Shown piece by piece: positions 41,101 through 52,723 of a stretch of DNA of 64,000 nucleotides (positions are counted from its first letter, which is position 1; each line of letters begins with the position of its first letter). The position numbers and the translations under genes are program-made. Location of the stretch: NCBI GenBank assembly GCA_040954595.2, contig CM082593.2, positions 8,282,043 through 8,346,042 on the forward strand, read 5' to 3'. Under the pieces are notes generated by a model. The model was given only the letters and a program-made list of their open reading frames with translations, was not told the origin of the DNA and made no database searches. Source of the stretch: Balanoglossus misakiensis (Eukaryota; Animalia; Hemichordata).

Positions 41101-44100
41101 TGATTAGTTTTTGGTGACACCGAGGGGAGGGGATTAAAGCCCCTAGAGCTGCTACTTTGCACATTATTTTCATGATTTTATTTTCCAACTTAAATTGGTC
41201 CATCTAAATAAGCTTGCTGATAGGTATACATGAACACCTTATCGATGCCCGATTGTGACTGCATGTTGCAATTTCAATACGCTATGTATTAACATGGTGC
41301 CCAACCGATTTAATCAGCCTCCATACAAACAGTACGCAGCTATCGTGGTATGCGTCGCCAAGAGGTGACAAACTGATGCAAATGCAAGTAATATGGCTGA
41401 ATGGTGAGGATTTTAGAGGCTAGGGAATATATTTGAAATATTTTATTGTGGAAAAAAATATGTGAAATTTGGCAGCTATAGGGGCTTTTAATAATCAAGT
41501 TATGAACAAAAGAAAAATGGCCGTCAGTGCAACCCTATGAGGAATGCGACAAGAGGCAGTGTAGAGGATGGTATGGTGTCCAGACATTTGCATGATACAT
41601 TAATATGATTAGCGATTCATGTTATGTCATATCATGTCGCGAAATGAGATGACATATTATTGACATGGGTTTTGCAATTTCGGCCACACATGCGCATGTT
41701 AAATTTATATGGCTGTGTCATTTGACAAACATGCAGATGTACAATTGCATAATGATATTAAAATATGTAACATCATTTTTTCCCGCTACATCAACTATTC
41801 AGGTGTATCAGTATTCCCATTCTCAAAATATTTCAAAGAATTTACATAACTTCCATATTGAAGAAATGGTTGCAATAATTTTAGGATGAATCTAATCAAA
41901 TGATAAATTTAGGATTGATTGCATTGTGTTCAGTGGATAAAATGGAAAAAATATTACAATTTATTAAAATAACTGTAGATTTCATGTAGTATTGAGTCAA
42001 TTGATCAAGGGAACATAGTTAGTAATCTCATGTATATTGAAATTGGAACTGATATCAGCTAGAATTGTGATTTGATTATAGATCACAAGCTAGGGATAAT
42101 TATTTCTTTTTTACTGAATTAAGAGATTGATAGAAGCATTTTTATAGCGAAAAGGCATTTTAATGAATTGTACTGCAAACCAAAGAGTATGATTTTTTAT
42201 AATGCACTGAATAACGGTTCTAAGCTTAATTTCTGAAATAAATTCTCCTTTAATTACAAATTTTACTTTGGTTCATTTGTTATATAAGTCAGTACATCTA
42301 ACAATCAGTAGGCTCAATTTTTAGTTTCTGAATCTTTTTGATATGTTGAGGCCCCCAAAAATAATATGTGCTGTTCTGATTACATGGTTTTCAAAAATAG
42401 GGTAGGTAGGGAATTTTTTTTTTTTTTTGCAATTTTTTTATTTCTTTAGCCGCCGTAGTGTAGAACCACGTCATAGTTCTTGCAATTTTCATAAATTTTG
42501 TACATTTGACATTGGTTTGTTTTACTTCTGGTTTAGGAAGCTCTAAAAAGTTTAGGGTCTGCGGGCTAAAATTAGGGTAGATCGGGTAATCGGAACAGCA
42601 CATATTTTTTAAAATTTGGCCGGATATCGTGATCGATATTGGACAAGTACACTTCTGCACCATTAGTATCAAATTTTCCCCCATCATGAAACTCCCTATC
42701 TACAATTCCCAATTTCATCCTTCGTGTCACAATTTGATGTCATAAAATACCAAGCCAAGTCAACGGGATATGAATACAAGTAGCACTGGGTGGCCAACCA
42801 ACAGACTTCTTGCAGGTACCACCATTAGTTCAGTATTTCTGTGTTTTCTTTATGCTATAAGTCTGCATTCAAAATCGTGCTTGGACTACCGTGGGGAATA
42901 TAATAACATCTACCATTTACACGCATTTGATAGAATTTCCTTTTCTGATCAACATTTAATTTAACCCAACCAGTGCAGCCTTGCTTTTTTAAAATTCATC
43001 TCTACCTTTAGTCTATTGAAATTATTTTCACGTAGTAAATTATTGGCAATCTTTATCTTTACATGGTACAAGTAGTTGCTTTGGTGTCTTCTTCCTGCTG
43101 TGTGTATAATCTCCATGCAACACCACCAGAATAGATATCAGATCAAAGCTTTAACCCTTTCACCACCATGGTTCAGTCCAAACCCATTGTTTTCTGTGGT
43201 CAAGTTGGACCTGTACACAGGGATCTGGGGGTGAAAGTGTTAATGTGACTTTGCTGTGGGCTAAGGTTGCAAGATTCACGCTCTATTACTAATTAGCTGT
43301 CAGCACATTTGCAAAATAACACTTGCAATGAAATGTCCAGGCACAATTTATGAATGCAGCTGAGCTAGCCATTGAAAAAAAGTCCAGTCAAATTTATGCT
43401 GTCTTGTAATTACTTTCATCATCATCAATTCTCAACTCAGAGACTATTCTTTTGTCCCAATGGACAGTGTACTTCAGCACCTAATTGATATATAAAAAAT
43501 ATTTAGTCAGATATGTGTGGTCGAACGTTCATTCACTATATATCCACATGTAAAATAACATAAACCGAGTCTTGAATCAAACATAATTAATGGAAAAAGG
43601 GCAGCGAGAGACTTTGTCCCTTTAAGGGACCATATCAAATTGTCATATAATTTCAGCACATGAATTTTATTTTTTCATTTATGTTAAAAGTCCCTCTCTC
43701 TAAAGGTAGTTTCAAAAGTGCAAAGTGTGGATGAAATGGCAAGTTACGTTGGAAGTGTGGGAAAAATTTTCTATTTTAAGTGGACAAAAAAAAAGTATTA
43801 GTATTAGTAAAAGTGTGAAAATGAAGTTCATTTATTGAACTGAGATCAAACTGCCTCCCCTTTGTGGACAAAAAGTGCTCTTGTGCAACTGTCTGAGACA
43901 GTCCCAAGCAGATGATTAGATGAGTTGAAAGGAGATTGAAATCGATTGAGAATTGATGAAGTCGCATTACTAGTTTTGTCAATGCTATTACATATTTTGT
44001 TATGGGTAATACTTTGCTAATTGGTTTGGAGCATGTAACAATGGCTAGTTGTGTATCTGCATGAATGAAAACACTGTCTGGACATTCAAGGTGGGCTGCA

Positions 44101-47100
44101 GAAGTCATCGAGTTTAGGGGTTTAACTTATACCACAGGGGACAGAGAAATCTCATTGATCTGGGTGTATTGGACATTGGACAACAACAGTCCACACCTAG
44201 ATCAATCATATTTCTCTGTCCCTTGTGATATTGTAAATCATTCTGTAAATGAGTAGTGTTTTGCGAGACAAAGTTGTTTTCTTTTTATATTAGAATGTTA
44301 TGTTTGAAAGATATTTGTGTGAGCAAACTGAGATACTGTAAAACGGGATATTTTTGTGACAGGAAATTTCGTTATATCAAAAGAGGCAACTGTTACATGA
44401 GGATTAATTTTCGCGTTCTCGTATTTTTACTGCATCGTTATCTCCGGAAAAACATTTTACGTGATTTTTTATTTTTACGTTTTTTTGGCTTTCGCGTATT
44501 TCTCCGAAAATTTATTGCTTGCGAAAATAATCCGTTTTACTGTATTCTTTCAGATATTAATTTACTTCTACAGATAATCGCAGATACAAAAATACAAATA
44601 CAATCAGCTGCTTTTGTGTGCTATATATAATGACCTTTGACTGGCTGGAGTAACAATGATCTGCAGTCCTATTTCTTTGTCATATTTGTGATTGTCGTTC
44701 AATGCCAGATTTGCAATTTCTGTGAATCAGCATTTACATGAATCAGAATCGATGAGTGCTTTAAGTGTAAGGGTTTGGTGCAGTGAGTTCAAAGTCTACC
44801 TCATATTGTGTGGTGATCATGAAATAGTCCGTTGTACTCTGTTTGGTCCATTTTGGTTGCTCTGTGTTCTCCAATCCATCACTTTCGGAATTTGGGTTTT
44901 CCACATTCTTTTAACTTTATGTCACAAGGTCATTATCATCCTTAACCGCAGTCATGATATTTTTTTGCCATTACAGGAACAAGGTTCTATTAAACCAAAG
45001 GCTGGATTCAACGGCCAAAATGAGGCTGAGGTATTGAGGAAGGCCATGAAGGGGCTTGGTAAGTGGTGATGATATGATTAGGCAGGAAAACAGTGCACTC
45101 ACAGAATTCCTTGCATGAAATGGCTAATATTGTTTCCTCATAGACCCCGGTGTAACAAGATCCATGCAAAAAAAGAGATTTTCCAAATCATGTTTCAGAA
45201 GAACTACAGTCAAACCTCTGTTAGTGGCCCACCCCTATATAGTGGTCACCTCTACCGGTATATAGTGGCCACTTTGTTACAGTCCCCGTGCAATTCACAT
45301 GTGCGTTAATTAACCTCTATATAAAGGCCACCTGTCTATAATGGCCAGTTTAGGAAAGTCCCTTGACTGGCTACTATAGACATGTTCGACTGTACATGTA
45401 TTTTACATCTGAATTATACCCACCCATGCTTACAAGACTTTGTAATAAATAAAACAATTACAGTAAATTACTTCATGAGGTTCTAAACTGTTTCAGGCTT
45501 CTCAAATTTGAAATGAAAGTTATGACTACTGGTACCTTCTGTAAAGTCATTAATTTTCTGTCAGATTTGATTGAAGTGTTCACCTCGTGTGTTATGTTTT
45601 TAGGAACGGATGAAAAAGCCATCATCCATGTTGTGACATCATGCAGCAATGAACAACGACAACAGATATTGAAGGACTATAAGACCATGTTTGGCAGGGT
45701 TTGTATTCATCCTTTGTTCGTACTCATTCCCTCTATCCAGGGGCTGTGTTACATAGTATATATCTAACAATTCATAGTAATATTGTTTGTTAGTTGCTGG
45801 TTTGGATGACTTCGTCAGAATTGTAGTTATGTCGTTCACATTCTATCCACTTATGCTGAATGACAGTGTTATCACTTATGGTGTTAATTTTGTGTGAAAA
45901 TTCCATCTCTTTGTGAGTCTGTAATTTACATATCTTAACATTGAACCTTCAGGTAACAGTCTTGTATTTGTATTATATCATCATTGTGTGACATATTCTG
46001 AGACTTCAATCCTGTTTCTTTAATTTTCAGGATTTAGTGAAAGACTTGAAGAGTGAACTAAGTGGCAGACTAGAGAAGATAGTTCTGGCACTTATGCTAT
46101 CACCAGCTCGTTTTGATGCCAGTGAATTGAAAAGAGCTATGAAGGTATTGTCTCATCATAGATAGTGTTTTTGCTAATGTTGGGGAAGATTGGTAAATGA
46201 TTTTGGATCCCCATTAATGCATCTGCTACCTACTAATATGACTGCATTGATATACCAAAGGGAACCCGGGTAAAATTTACCTGGTTATCACCCGTAACAA
46301 AAACACAGCCATGATAGAGTCTGATCCATTATCTGGAATAACTTTCGGAGGTGTGTGTGTGTGTGTGTGTGTTTTTTGAGGGGGGGGGACTACATTCTGA
46401 CGATGGAAAGAATATTGAGTAAATGTTTTGTTAAAGTTCAACAACATTTCAGGTCGACTGACTTGATGCACCAAAATAATCCCTTTAGAGTTTAATTCTG
46501 TTATTTTGTTTTCATAATGTGCCACAGGGTATTGGAACTGATGAAGAGGCTTTGATTGAAATCATGTGTACTCGCACCAATGCAGAAATCCAAGCAATGA
46601 AAGAAGCCTTCAAGAAAGGTTAGTTGATTCTGGTTCTGTGTTCATCCACGACAGCCTGTATATCAGTGTGCCCTCTAAGCCCATATGATGCGCCACTGAC
46701 TCACTGACAAACTCACTGGTGACTCAAGAAAATTATCCACACTACATGCAAAGGTATAGGGCTGACTCAGAGAAATTTTAAGAAATCCTCTATTGACCTC
46801 AAAGCTTTCAAAAATTATGTTTGTTGGAGGGTACAATGCTTTGCAAACCAGTCATGTCAGCCCTCACCCTAAACATATTCATTTCTGATGTCCACTAGTG
46901 TTGGCACATATGCCAATTTACTTTGAAAAAAAATATCACTTGCAAAGTACTTTGTTGTTTGTCGCTGGTAGAATATTCTAATTTGTCAGTGATAAAAAAA
47001 GAAACAGAGAAAGACTGTCAAGACAAAGTGCATACACAGATGTGTCCGATTTTAGAGAATTCAAATTATCTGTGATTATTTAAACCATGGAAGGCAGTGA

Positions 47101-48854
47101 TTTGTGAAATGGATAACACAACATTGAAGTCGCCATACTTGATGAAGTGTGTCCAAGTAAAGTTGTGTGTTAACTTCCTCAGAAACATCATAAGCCTTAT
47201 GTTCATAAGTTCAGATGTTTGTTTTAATTTTAATATCACAAATGGAGAGTTTGTAATTGTATTTTTACAGATCATGGTAAAGATGTTGAAAGTGCATTGA
47301 AGTCTGAGACATCTGGGCACTTCCGGAAGTTGATGGTGTCAATGTCAGTTGGAGGCAGAGATGAGAATCCCAATGTTGATGTGGCTAAAGCACAGGCAGA
47401 TGCTAGAGTGAGTAATTGTCAGTTTTGCTTTAAAGGGACAAAGTTTCTCTCTCGCTGCCCCTTTTCCATTAATTATGTTTGATACAAGACACCGTTTATA
47501 TTATTCTACATGTGGATATATAGTATATCAACGTTCGACCAGACACAACTTCCATTACGCTTGTAGACACAAGAGTGAAAAATCTTGCCAAAATCGGTGT
47601 TTACCATTTATTCATTTTGGCCGAGTTTTATTACTCTCATATCCTACAAACGGGATGGAAGTTGTGTGTGGTCGAACGTTGATTCACTATATATCCACTA
47701 TTCCACCCATAACTGATATGTTTGTGTCATTTTGTGTGTTTTCTACTTTTTGCGCAGGCTTTGTACGAAGCTGGAGAGAAGCAGTGGGGAACAGATGAAT
47801 CACGATTCAATGTCATCCTGTGCTCAAGAAGCTTTGCACAACTTCGTGCCACATTTGATGAGTATGCCAAAATATCTAAGAGAGACATCGAACAGTCCAT
47901 TAAATCTGAGTTTTCAGGTGATATTGAGAAAGGCCTGCTGACTATTGGTAAGTGATGACGTGAATCTTAAAAATTGTTAAAAGTGAGAAAGATACTGAAA
48001 TTGAAATATAAAATTTGAAGCATGTACTTATCTATTCATTGCTAACTCTTTGTCAACATGATTTGGTTCAGTGGTAAAGTTGGGTGCATGAGAAGTGACA
48101 TCTTGTCACACCATATCATAATTATTATTACATATCTTTCCTTCTTACAGTGAGATGTGTACGAAACAAGGCAGCATACTTTGCAACGCAGTTGTACAAG
48201 ACCATGAAGGTAACATTTGTCTCAGAATTGTCCAAATCCATTGTTTTCTATGGTACAGTTGGACCTTTATATACAGGAAAATAGGGATGATAGTTATGAG
48301 AGGGTCAAAGATACGTAGAAGTAGTTTAATATATTCTTTCTAGCTTTGCCAGAGAAAACTCCTTGCATGATGAAGTAAACACTGCTGTATGCTGAACAGA
48401 GTTTAAAAGTTAAAATAACTGAATAACAATATAGTGAGACTGAATTTTACAATATTTTTTAAATTTTTAACTTCAGGGACTTGGAACTGATGACGACACT
48501 CTTGTACGTGTTGTTGTGTCGAGATGCGAGAAGGACATGGTCCAAATCAAACATGAATTCCAGAGACTGTACTCACAGCCGCTGTCTAAGTTCATTGCTG
48601 TAAGTAACATTTGCATAGAGTCTGCATCTCATAAGTTTTTCTTGTTTGATTCTAAAATGGATACCTACATGGATTCTATAGCCTGAACAAATAATTAACC
48701 TTTTTCATCACATGCTAAACACACCATGATATACTGGTATGTTTGAGTGACAATTTTTATTAATTATTATTTTTTTAAATTATTATTCTTTATTTTGCAG
48801 GATGATACTTCAGGAGACTACAAGAAAATTCTGTTGGCAATTGTTGGAAACTAA
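25931..48854 (+). CDS. ANXA11: Annexin A7/A11-like, ~568 aa; join(25931-26155,26306-26386,27455-27616,28850-28933,30545-30622,32092-32223,44977-45058,45604-45698,46031-46144,46528-46618,47271-47407,47758-47947,48151-48209,48477-48599,48801-48854)
   Basis: All exons have AG/GT boundaries with matching phases; N-terminus [17 protein letters not shown] repeats; four annexin repeats [33 protein letters not shown] each with its acidic cap (SELSG, SETSG, SEFSG, DDTSG). A7 versus A11 orthology not resolved. Confidence 0.9.
26306..26386 (+). CDS. ANXA11: Annexin N-terminal exon [11 protein letters not shown]...AAGY
   Basis: CCCCAG acceptor, GTAAGT donor, 81 nt. Confidence 0.82.
27002..27332. mobile_element. 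MITE family A copy
   Basis: Same palindromic sequence, in an annexin intron. Confidence 0.82.
27455..27616 (+). CDS. ANXA11: Annexin N-terminal exon PPPAGFSG...PPPAQ
   Basis: TTATAG acceptor, GTGAGA donor, 162 nt, Pro/Gly/Tyr rich. Confidence 0.82.
28051..28730. mobile_element. TTAA-type element with AGCTGTAACTTTT...AAAAGTTACAGCT subterminal repeats, with a nested hairpin element at 28476-28612
   Basis: Left end is homologous to 63467-63560 (TTAAAGCTGCATAAGCTGTAACTTTTCGCTATGTTTTCAGT). Confidence 0.6.
28850..28933 (+). CDS. ANXA11: Annexin N-terminal exon YPPGTYSG...PSSTS (possibly alternative)
   Basis: ATCAG acceptor with weak pyrimidine tract, GTAAGT donor, 84 nt. Confidence 0.65.
30545..30622 (+). 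CDS. ANXA11: Annexin N-terminal exon [13 protein letters not shown]...PAAA (possibly alternative)
   Basis: ATTAG acceptor, GTAAGT donor, 78 nt. Confidence 0.68.
31374..31734. mobile_element. MITE family A, full copy
   Basis: TTAA-flanked, both TIRs present. Confidence 0.82.
32092..32223 (+). CDS. ANXA11: Annexin N-terminal exon YQAPPGSQ...IKQTK
   Basis: TTTCAG acceptor, AAG|GTAAGA donor, 132 nt. Confidence 0.78.
33484..33640. repeat. Compound tetranucleotide microsatellite (ACTC/AGTC/AATC/GATC/AACC)
   Basis: Read directly. Confidence 0.9.
36326..37044. mobile_element. Adjacent MITEs: family A (36326-36682) and family B (36679-37044) sharing one TTAA
   Basis: ...GTCCCT-TTAA-AGCCTCTAGAGCTGCC...GGCAGCTCTAGAGGCT-TTAA. 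Confidence 0.82.
39765..39932 (+). CDS. Candidate alternative annexin exon encoding [11 protein letters not shown]-(S)19[15 protein letters not shown]([10 protein letters not shown])
   Basis: TGTGCAG acceptor in phase 0; serine run uses mixed codons; possible weak donor after 39899 (135 nt, in frame) or stop at 39932 with AATAAA at 39985. Confidence 0.45.
   Translation, partial: KKKKNKKKDKRSSSSSSSSSSSSSSSSSSSDGKKCKKHKNKKKHKVKVHKVHVIH
40101..40252. repeat. ~150 bp palindromic element
   Basis: GCTAGCGCCCTC...CAGCCATCATG...GGCCAATGGGGAAA pairs with TTTCCCCATTGGCC...CATGATGGCTG...GAGGGCGCTAGC. Confidence 0.75.
41134..41491. mobile_element. MITE family B copy
   Basis: TTAA flanks, matches 56528-56883. 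Confidence 0.82.
42350..42622. mobile_element. MITE with GGCC...ATATGTGCTGTTCTGATTAC inverted termini
   Basis: ATATGTGCTGTTCTGATTAC (42365) versus GTAATCGGAACAGCACATAT (42586). Confidence 0.6.
43152..43244. mobile_element. ~95 bp TTAA|CCC...GGG|TTAA mini-element (piggyBac-like termini)
   Basis: Second copy at 53229-53325 shares ATGGTTCAGTCCAAACC and CTGGGGGTGA. Confidence 0.6.
44977..45058 (+). CDS. ANXA11: Annexin core exon (EQGSIKP...RKAMKGL)
   Basis: TTACAG / GTAAGT, 82 nt. Confidence 0.92.
45205..45394. mobile_element. TA|CAGT...ACTG|TA MITE (pogo/Tigger-like)
   Basis: TACAGTCAAACCTCTG ... CATGTTCGACTGTA with internal TATAGTGGCCAC repeats. Confidence 0.6.
45604..45698 (+). CDS. ANXA11: Annexin core exon (GTDEKAII...MFGR)
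   Basis: TTTTAG / GTTTGT, 95 nt. Confidence 0.92.
46031..46144 (+). CDS. ANXA11: Annexin core exon ([12 protein letters not shown]...RAMK)
   Basis: TTTCAG / GTATTG, 114 nt. Confidence 0.92.
46528..46618 (+). CDS. ANXA11: Annexin core exon ([18 protein letters not shown])
   Basis: CCACAG / GTTAGT, 91 nt. Confidence 0.92.
47271..47407 (+). CDS. ANXA11: Annexin core exon ([17 protein letters not shown]...ADAR)
   Basis: TTACAG / GTGAGT, 137 nt. Confidence 0.92.
47758..47947 (+). CDS. ANXA11: Annexin core exon ([17 protein letters not shown]...LLTI)
   Basis: GCGCAG / GTAAGT, 190 nt. Confidence 0.92.
48151..48209 (+). CDS. ANXA11: Annexin core exon ([19 protein letters not shown])
   Basis: TTACAG / GTAACA, 59 nt. 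Confidence 0.92.
48477..48599 (+). CDS. ANXA11: Annexin core exon ([18 protein letters not shown])
   Basis: CTTCAG / GTAAGT, 123 nt. Confidence 0.92.
48801..48854 (+). CDS. ANXA11: Annexin last coding exon ([17 protein letters not shown])
   Basis: TTGCAG acceptor, TAA at 48852-48854. Confidence 0.92.
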   Translation, partial: DDTSGDYKKILLAIVGN

Positions 48855-50544
48855 TATAGCTACATCCTGCATGTGCAAGTACTTGTATGGATTATTCTCA
48901 TTGACAGTATATACTCCGGACAATGGATAGGGGCTCTTAATCTAGTTGCAATATTTTAGATATTTACAATCAATCAATTAATACAGATTGTCTATTACAG
49001 ATAGACATTTTTTGGGAATAAACTTTTGTGAAAAAAATATATGCAGTATTCTGATTAGCTGTATTAGGTCTTTATTCATTACTTGGTTATCTGCTTGGAA
49101 AAAATTATCTGGAGCAGATTTGTCTTGTAATTAAATGTTACAGACCTTCAAAACAAGTTTTTTTTTTCTGAAATTGAGATCTGTCTGCAGAAAGATGTCG
49201 AATCTTTGTACTGAATTTAACCATTTTAAAAATGCCTATGCTCTTTGATACTGCTTCAATTCACAGCAACAACTTAACGTTATTATTACATCTACATATA
49301 TGTATTTTTCCCTTTTCTACACTTTAAGTACTTTTTCTTGAAGGTTTATGTACTTCCGTAAAACATAACCAAATTTAACTGGGGGCAGTGTTCAGTTGGG
49401 ACACTGCAGCTATGACCTGTATGCCTTTGTTTGAATTGAACACAAGTTTTCCATAGTGTTACTCATTGTTAATGGATTTCCTTTACAAAAAAACTATGAC
49501 TTTTCAGTGGACTGCTTTTATCAGCATGAAGAGGCTCAGAAATGTGTCTATATCAACAGTTCAGACAAGTCCTTTCCTTATAACCGATTTTACTGTATTA
49601 ACTGACCTTGTAGATGAGATAAATGATAAACTCGACATTGGAGAGTTTCATTTGTTTCATCCCAAGTTTCAGATATGTAAAACACATAGTTCTTTTATCA
49701 GAAATGATATGTATCATCCTATTAAGTGATCCTTTGTACATTCAAGTAGAAATAAAGCACAGATCTTTAAATAAAATCTGTTTGACTGATATTGGAATTG
49801 TTTACATCCTGTTAGCCCAAGCCATTGCCTTAAGGTAGAATGCAGCTCGAAAAACCCGAATAATAAAAAACTACACCCATTAAAAATAGTTTTTGTCCTG
49901 GGTCTCAAGCAGCACGGTCAAGAATAGCGCCACCACCGGCATATATCAAGGATATACGGAGCCTGCGCAGGTATCGTATATGGTCGTAGGTGGCGCTATT
50001 CTTGATAAGTCTGTTCTCTCTGTACAAAAAATCTCAGAATTCGTTTGTTTGATTGCTTGGAAAGTTGGTATGATGGTACCCAGGGATGCTCTAAGATTAA
50101 TTTGTTCAAATTATGAATTAATTTTGTAGTTTTTAATTTTTTTATTTTTCATTAAACTTCTCCCACATATAATTTGTAATATTTTGAAGTCAAATCCCAA
50201 ATCAACTTGTTTTATGTATGGCATAACCATATTTAAAACCCAAATAACCAGCTGGTCTTGCAAAGTACACCAACAGTCTATAGACTGACACAATCACTGA
50301 TGTACAAGTGCAGTGAAAAACACTAAAATTGTTCAAATTTTACCTTTAGTTTTATTATGGTACTTGGGTAATTTATGAACAATATATCTGTTCTTGCCTG
50401 TGAATTGCACAAAAACTCTTGAAATATCTGAGCGACTTTCTCAAAGTTTTGAAAGTGTTAATGGGTCCGACTTGACAAAAAATGTGCATTTGTCATTACC
50501 GGGTACTGGTCAATAATTTTCATAAATGTATTTGACTGATAAGG

Positions 50545-51227
50545 TTACTGTCTCTCTTCCCGGTTTTGTTGACTCCATTTGACAATAAAGAAGAGCAGTC
50601 CAGCAAAGAGTAATCCTTGAATTCCAAAGAACAAGAGTGCCAACAACATCCCCACACTAGCAATTGGTTCAACAACATATTGTCCAATATTCCACCTGGG
50701 TATGCCAGCTGCTAAAAGTCTCTGATTTAAATTGTCAAATATTGATACTTGTTGTCCTCCTGCATATTGCTGTTGATTATAGTTTTCATGCTGAACAAAT
50801 CCCTAGAGAGAGAAGAAAAAGCAAGGAATGCTTAGTACAGCCATCCATACATTACAAAAGTGTTCTATTCTTTTCTCAAAAGTTTGTAGGGTATGAGAGT
50901 AAAAATATCGCCAAAATGAATAAACAGTAGTGACTGATTATTCATTTTGGCGAGTTTTTCACTCTTGTGTCTACAAGTGAGATGGAAGTTGTGTGTGGTT
51001 GAACGTTGATTCACTGTATATATCCACATGCACATTAACATAAACGGTGTCATGCATCAAATATAATTAATGGAAAAAGGGCAGCGAGAGAGAGAGAGAC
51101 TTTGTCCCTTTAAGGGTTGTTTTACCTGTCGTGGTCTGTTGCCTGTATCTGGCCTTCTGTTGGAAGACTGGCGTACCCTAGGGTCATCATCTTGAACAAT
51201 TTCTCCATTTGCAAGAATTTTGACCAT
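50545..51227 (-). CDS. FAM241B: FAM241 family (DUF4605) small membrane protein, 119 aa; complement join(50545-50802,51126-51227)
   Basis: Exon 1 MVKILANGEIVQDDDPRVRQ closely matches the FAM241B N-terminus; exon 2 SIFDNLNQRLLAAGIPRWNIGQYVVEPIASVGMLLALLFFGIQGLLFAGLLFFIVKWSQ carries the DUF4605 hydrophobic segment; canonical splice sites, phase 0. Confidence 0.9.
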
Positions 51228-51599
51228 TTTTAGAGCTGAACACAGACAAGATGTAGAAATTTAAATGTACATGCACACATGTACTGTATACAACTGCACA
51301 ACAATAAGCCCTCAACTTGAAGGACTGTGGTACAGTAGACGTATGGTTGCTGTTCAGAGAGGCCAACATGTACAGAAAATTTGTTTGTAGGAATAGAGGC
51401 TGACACATATGTTCTTTAGAACGCTCAAATACGCCATTTCAGCCATATATGGGCGTATGTAAACATTGGAGGTGAAGCTCCCTTGGCCTTGTTAACACAC
51501 TTTTTCGTAGGCGGGTAAGATTAAACGAATTTCAGTGTCTCTTGCATTTTGAAAAGTGGTCTCAGTTCACCTCTATAGGCATACATGTAAGTGAAAAAA

Positions 51600-51980
51600 A
51601 GGTACAGACTTACACTTTTCGTTAAACGAAGGAAATTATTCTTTTCTGCGATTTTCTGTAAAAGTTTTCGATTCACACGAAGTAAGCGGCCATGTTGAGT
51701 AGCTTGTTGGTTAATTCTCAACTCAACTTCAAGGCGGTCCAAAATCTTAATCTTTGCAGTGATCAACACCACAACCTAGCATCATTTGGCTAATTTTACA
51801 ACTGGAATTCCCTTAAAAAATTTGGGACGAATTCTTTCGTAAAAACTCTATAAACTTCATTTTATTCATTGACACACTCGATGGTCTCGAACGAGAAATT
51901 AGTTCTCGTGAGATTTTATGCAACTAAACGAGAACAAGAATCAAAACACCGAGTCTTAGCAACGCGACGCAGAACAGGTA
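51600..51980. promoter_or_regulatory. Bidirectional promoter FAM241 / DYDC with probable non-coding first exons
   Basis: Minus-strand donor GTAAGT at 51613; plus-strand donor CAG|GTAACT at 51978; YY1-like AACATGGCCG (minus, ~51687-51696); TCTCGTGAGA near-palindrome 51904-51913; RFX half-site TAGCAAC 51957-51963; CpG-rich. Confidence 0.55.
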
Positions 51981-52723
51981 ACTCCCGTCAACGAAGGTGA
52001 GCGACATTCTACATTGGGGAAATTTGCGTTTAGTTTTATATTCGGAATCTCTAAAAGAATGTATAGGGCTTATTTGACATGAAATCATTTTCATTTTGTG
52101 TAGTTTTGATGTTGACATTGTTAACAACCGAGTTCTGAACAGTACGTGTACCGTGCGAACACAACCCCCACTAGTCACAGTCTTGTAGCCACTGATCATG
52201 GTAAAGGTTGAACTTGTAGAAGGTACGGCCACATACACTCTTGTTCGCATTTCAAAAATATGTATTGTTTACATGTAAAAGTGTGTGTCTTAGCTTTGTA
52301 AACGATATAAGTTTTTTAGAAACGAGTCTGTCATGTGAAAATACACAAACTGTTGATTAGTAAAATTGTGATGTTCATACATACTATACATCACACCATC
52401 GTTCATAAATTTATATGTGGTTTTGGGAATTATTTGGGTTTAATCCCAGATGACAGGCCAGGAGTACTATGAGGAAGCCCAGGGATGTGAACTGTAATCC
52501 ATCACACATGGTTTTCATTTATGTCCATGCATATTGTGGTGCCTAGCTACAGTGTATGGTACATGTATGTACAATACACGTACTAGACTAGACTTGAGTT
52601 TAATATTCCCCAGAACAAGATGGTTTCTCGTGAATTATATTCTCCTTTGGCTCTACATGTGTCATGAGCAATTGTGTGTTTCTCGTCTTACCACAAGACA
52701 AGGAACAGTACACAGGGTTGAGG

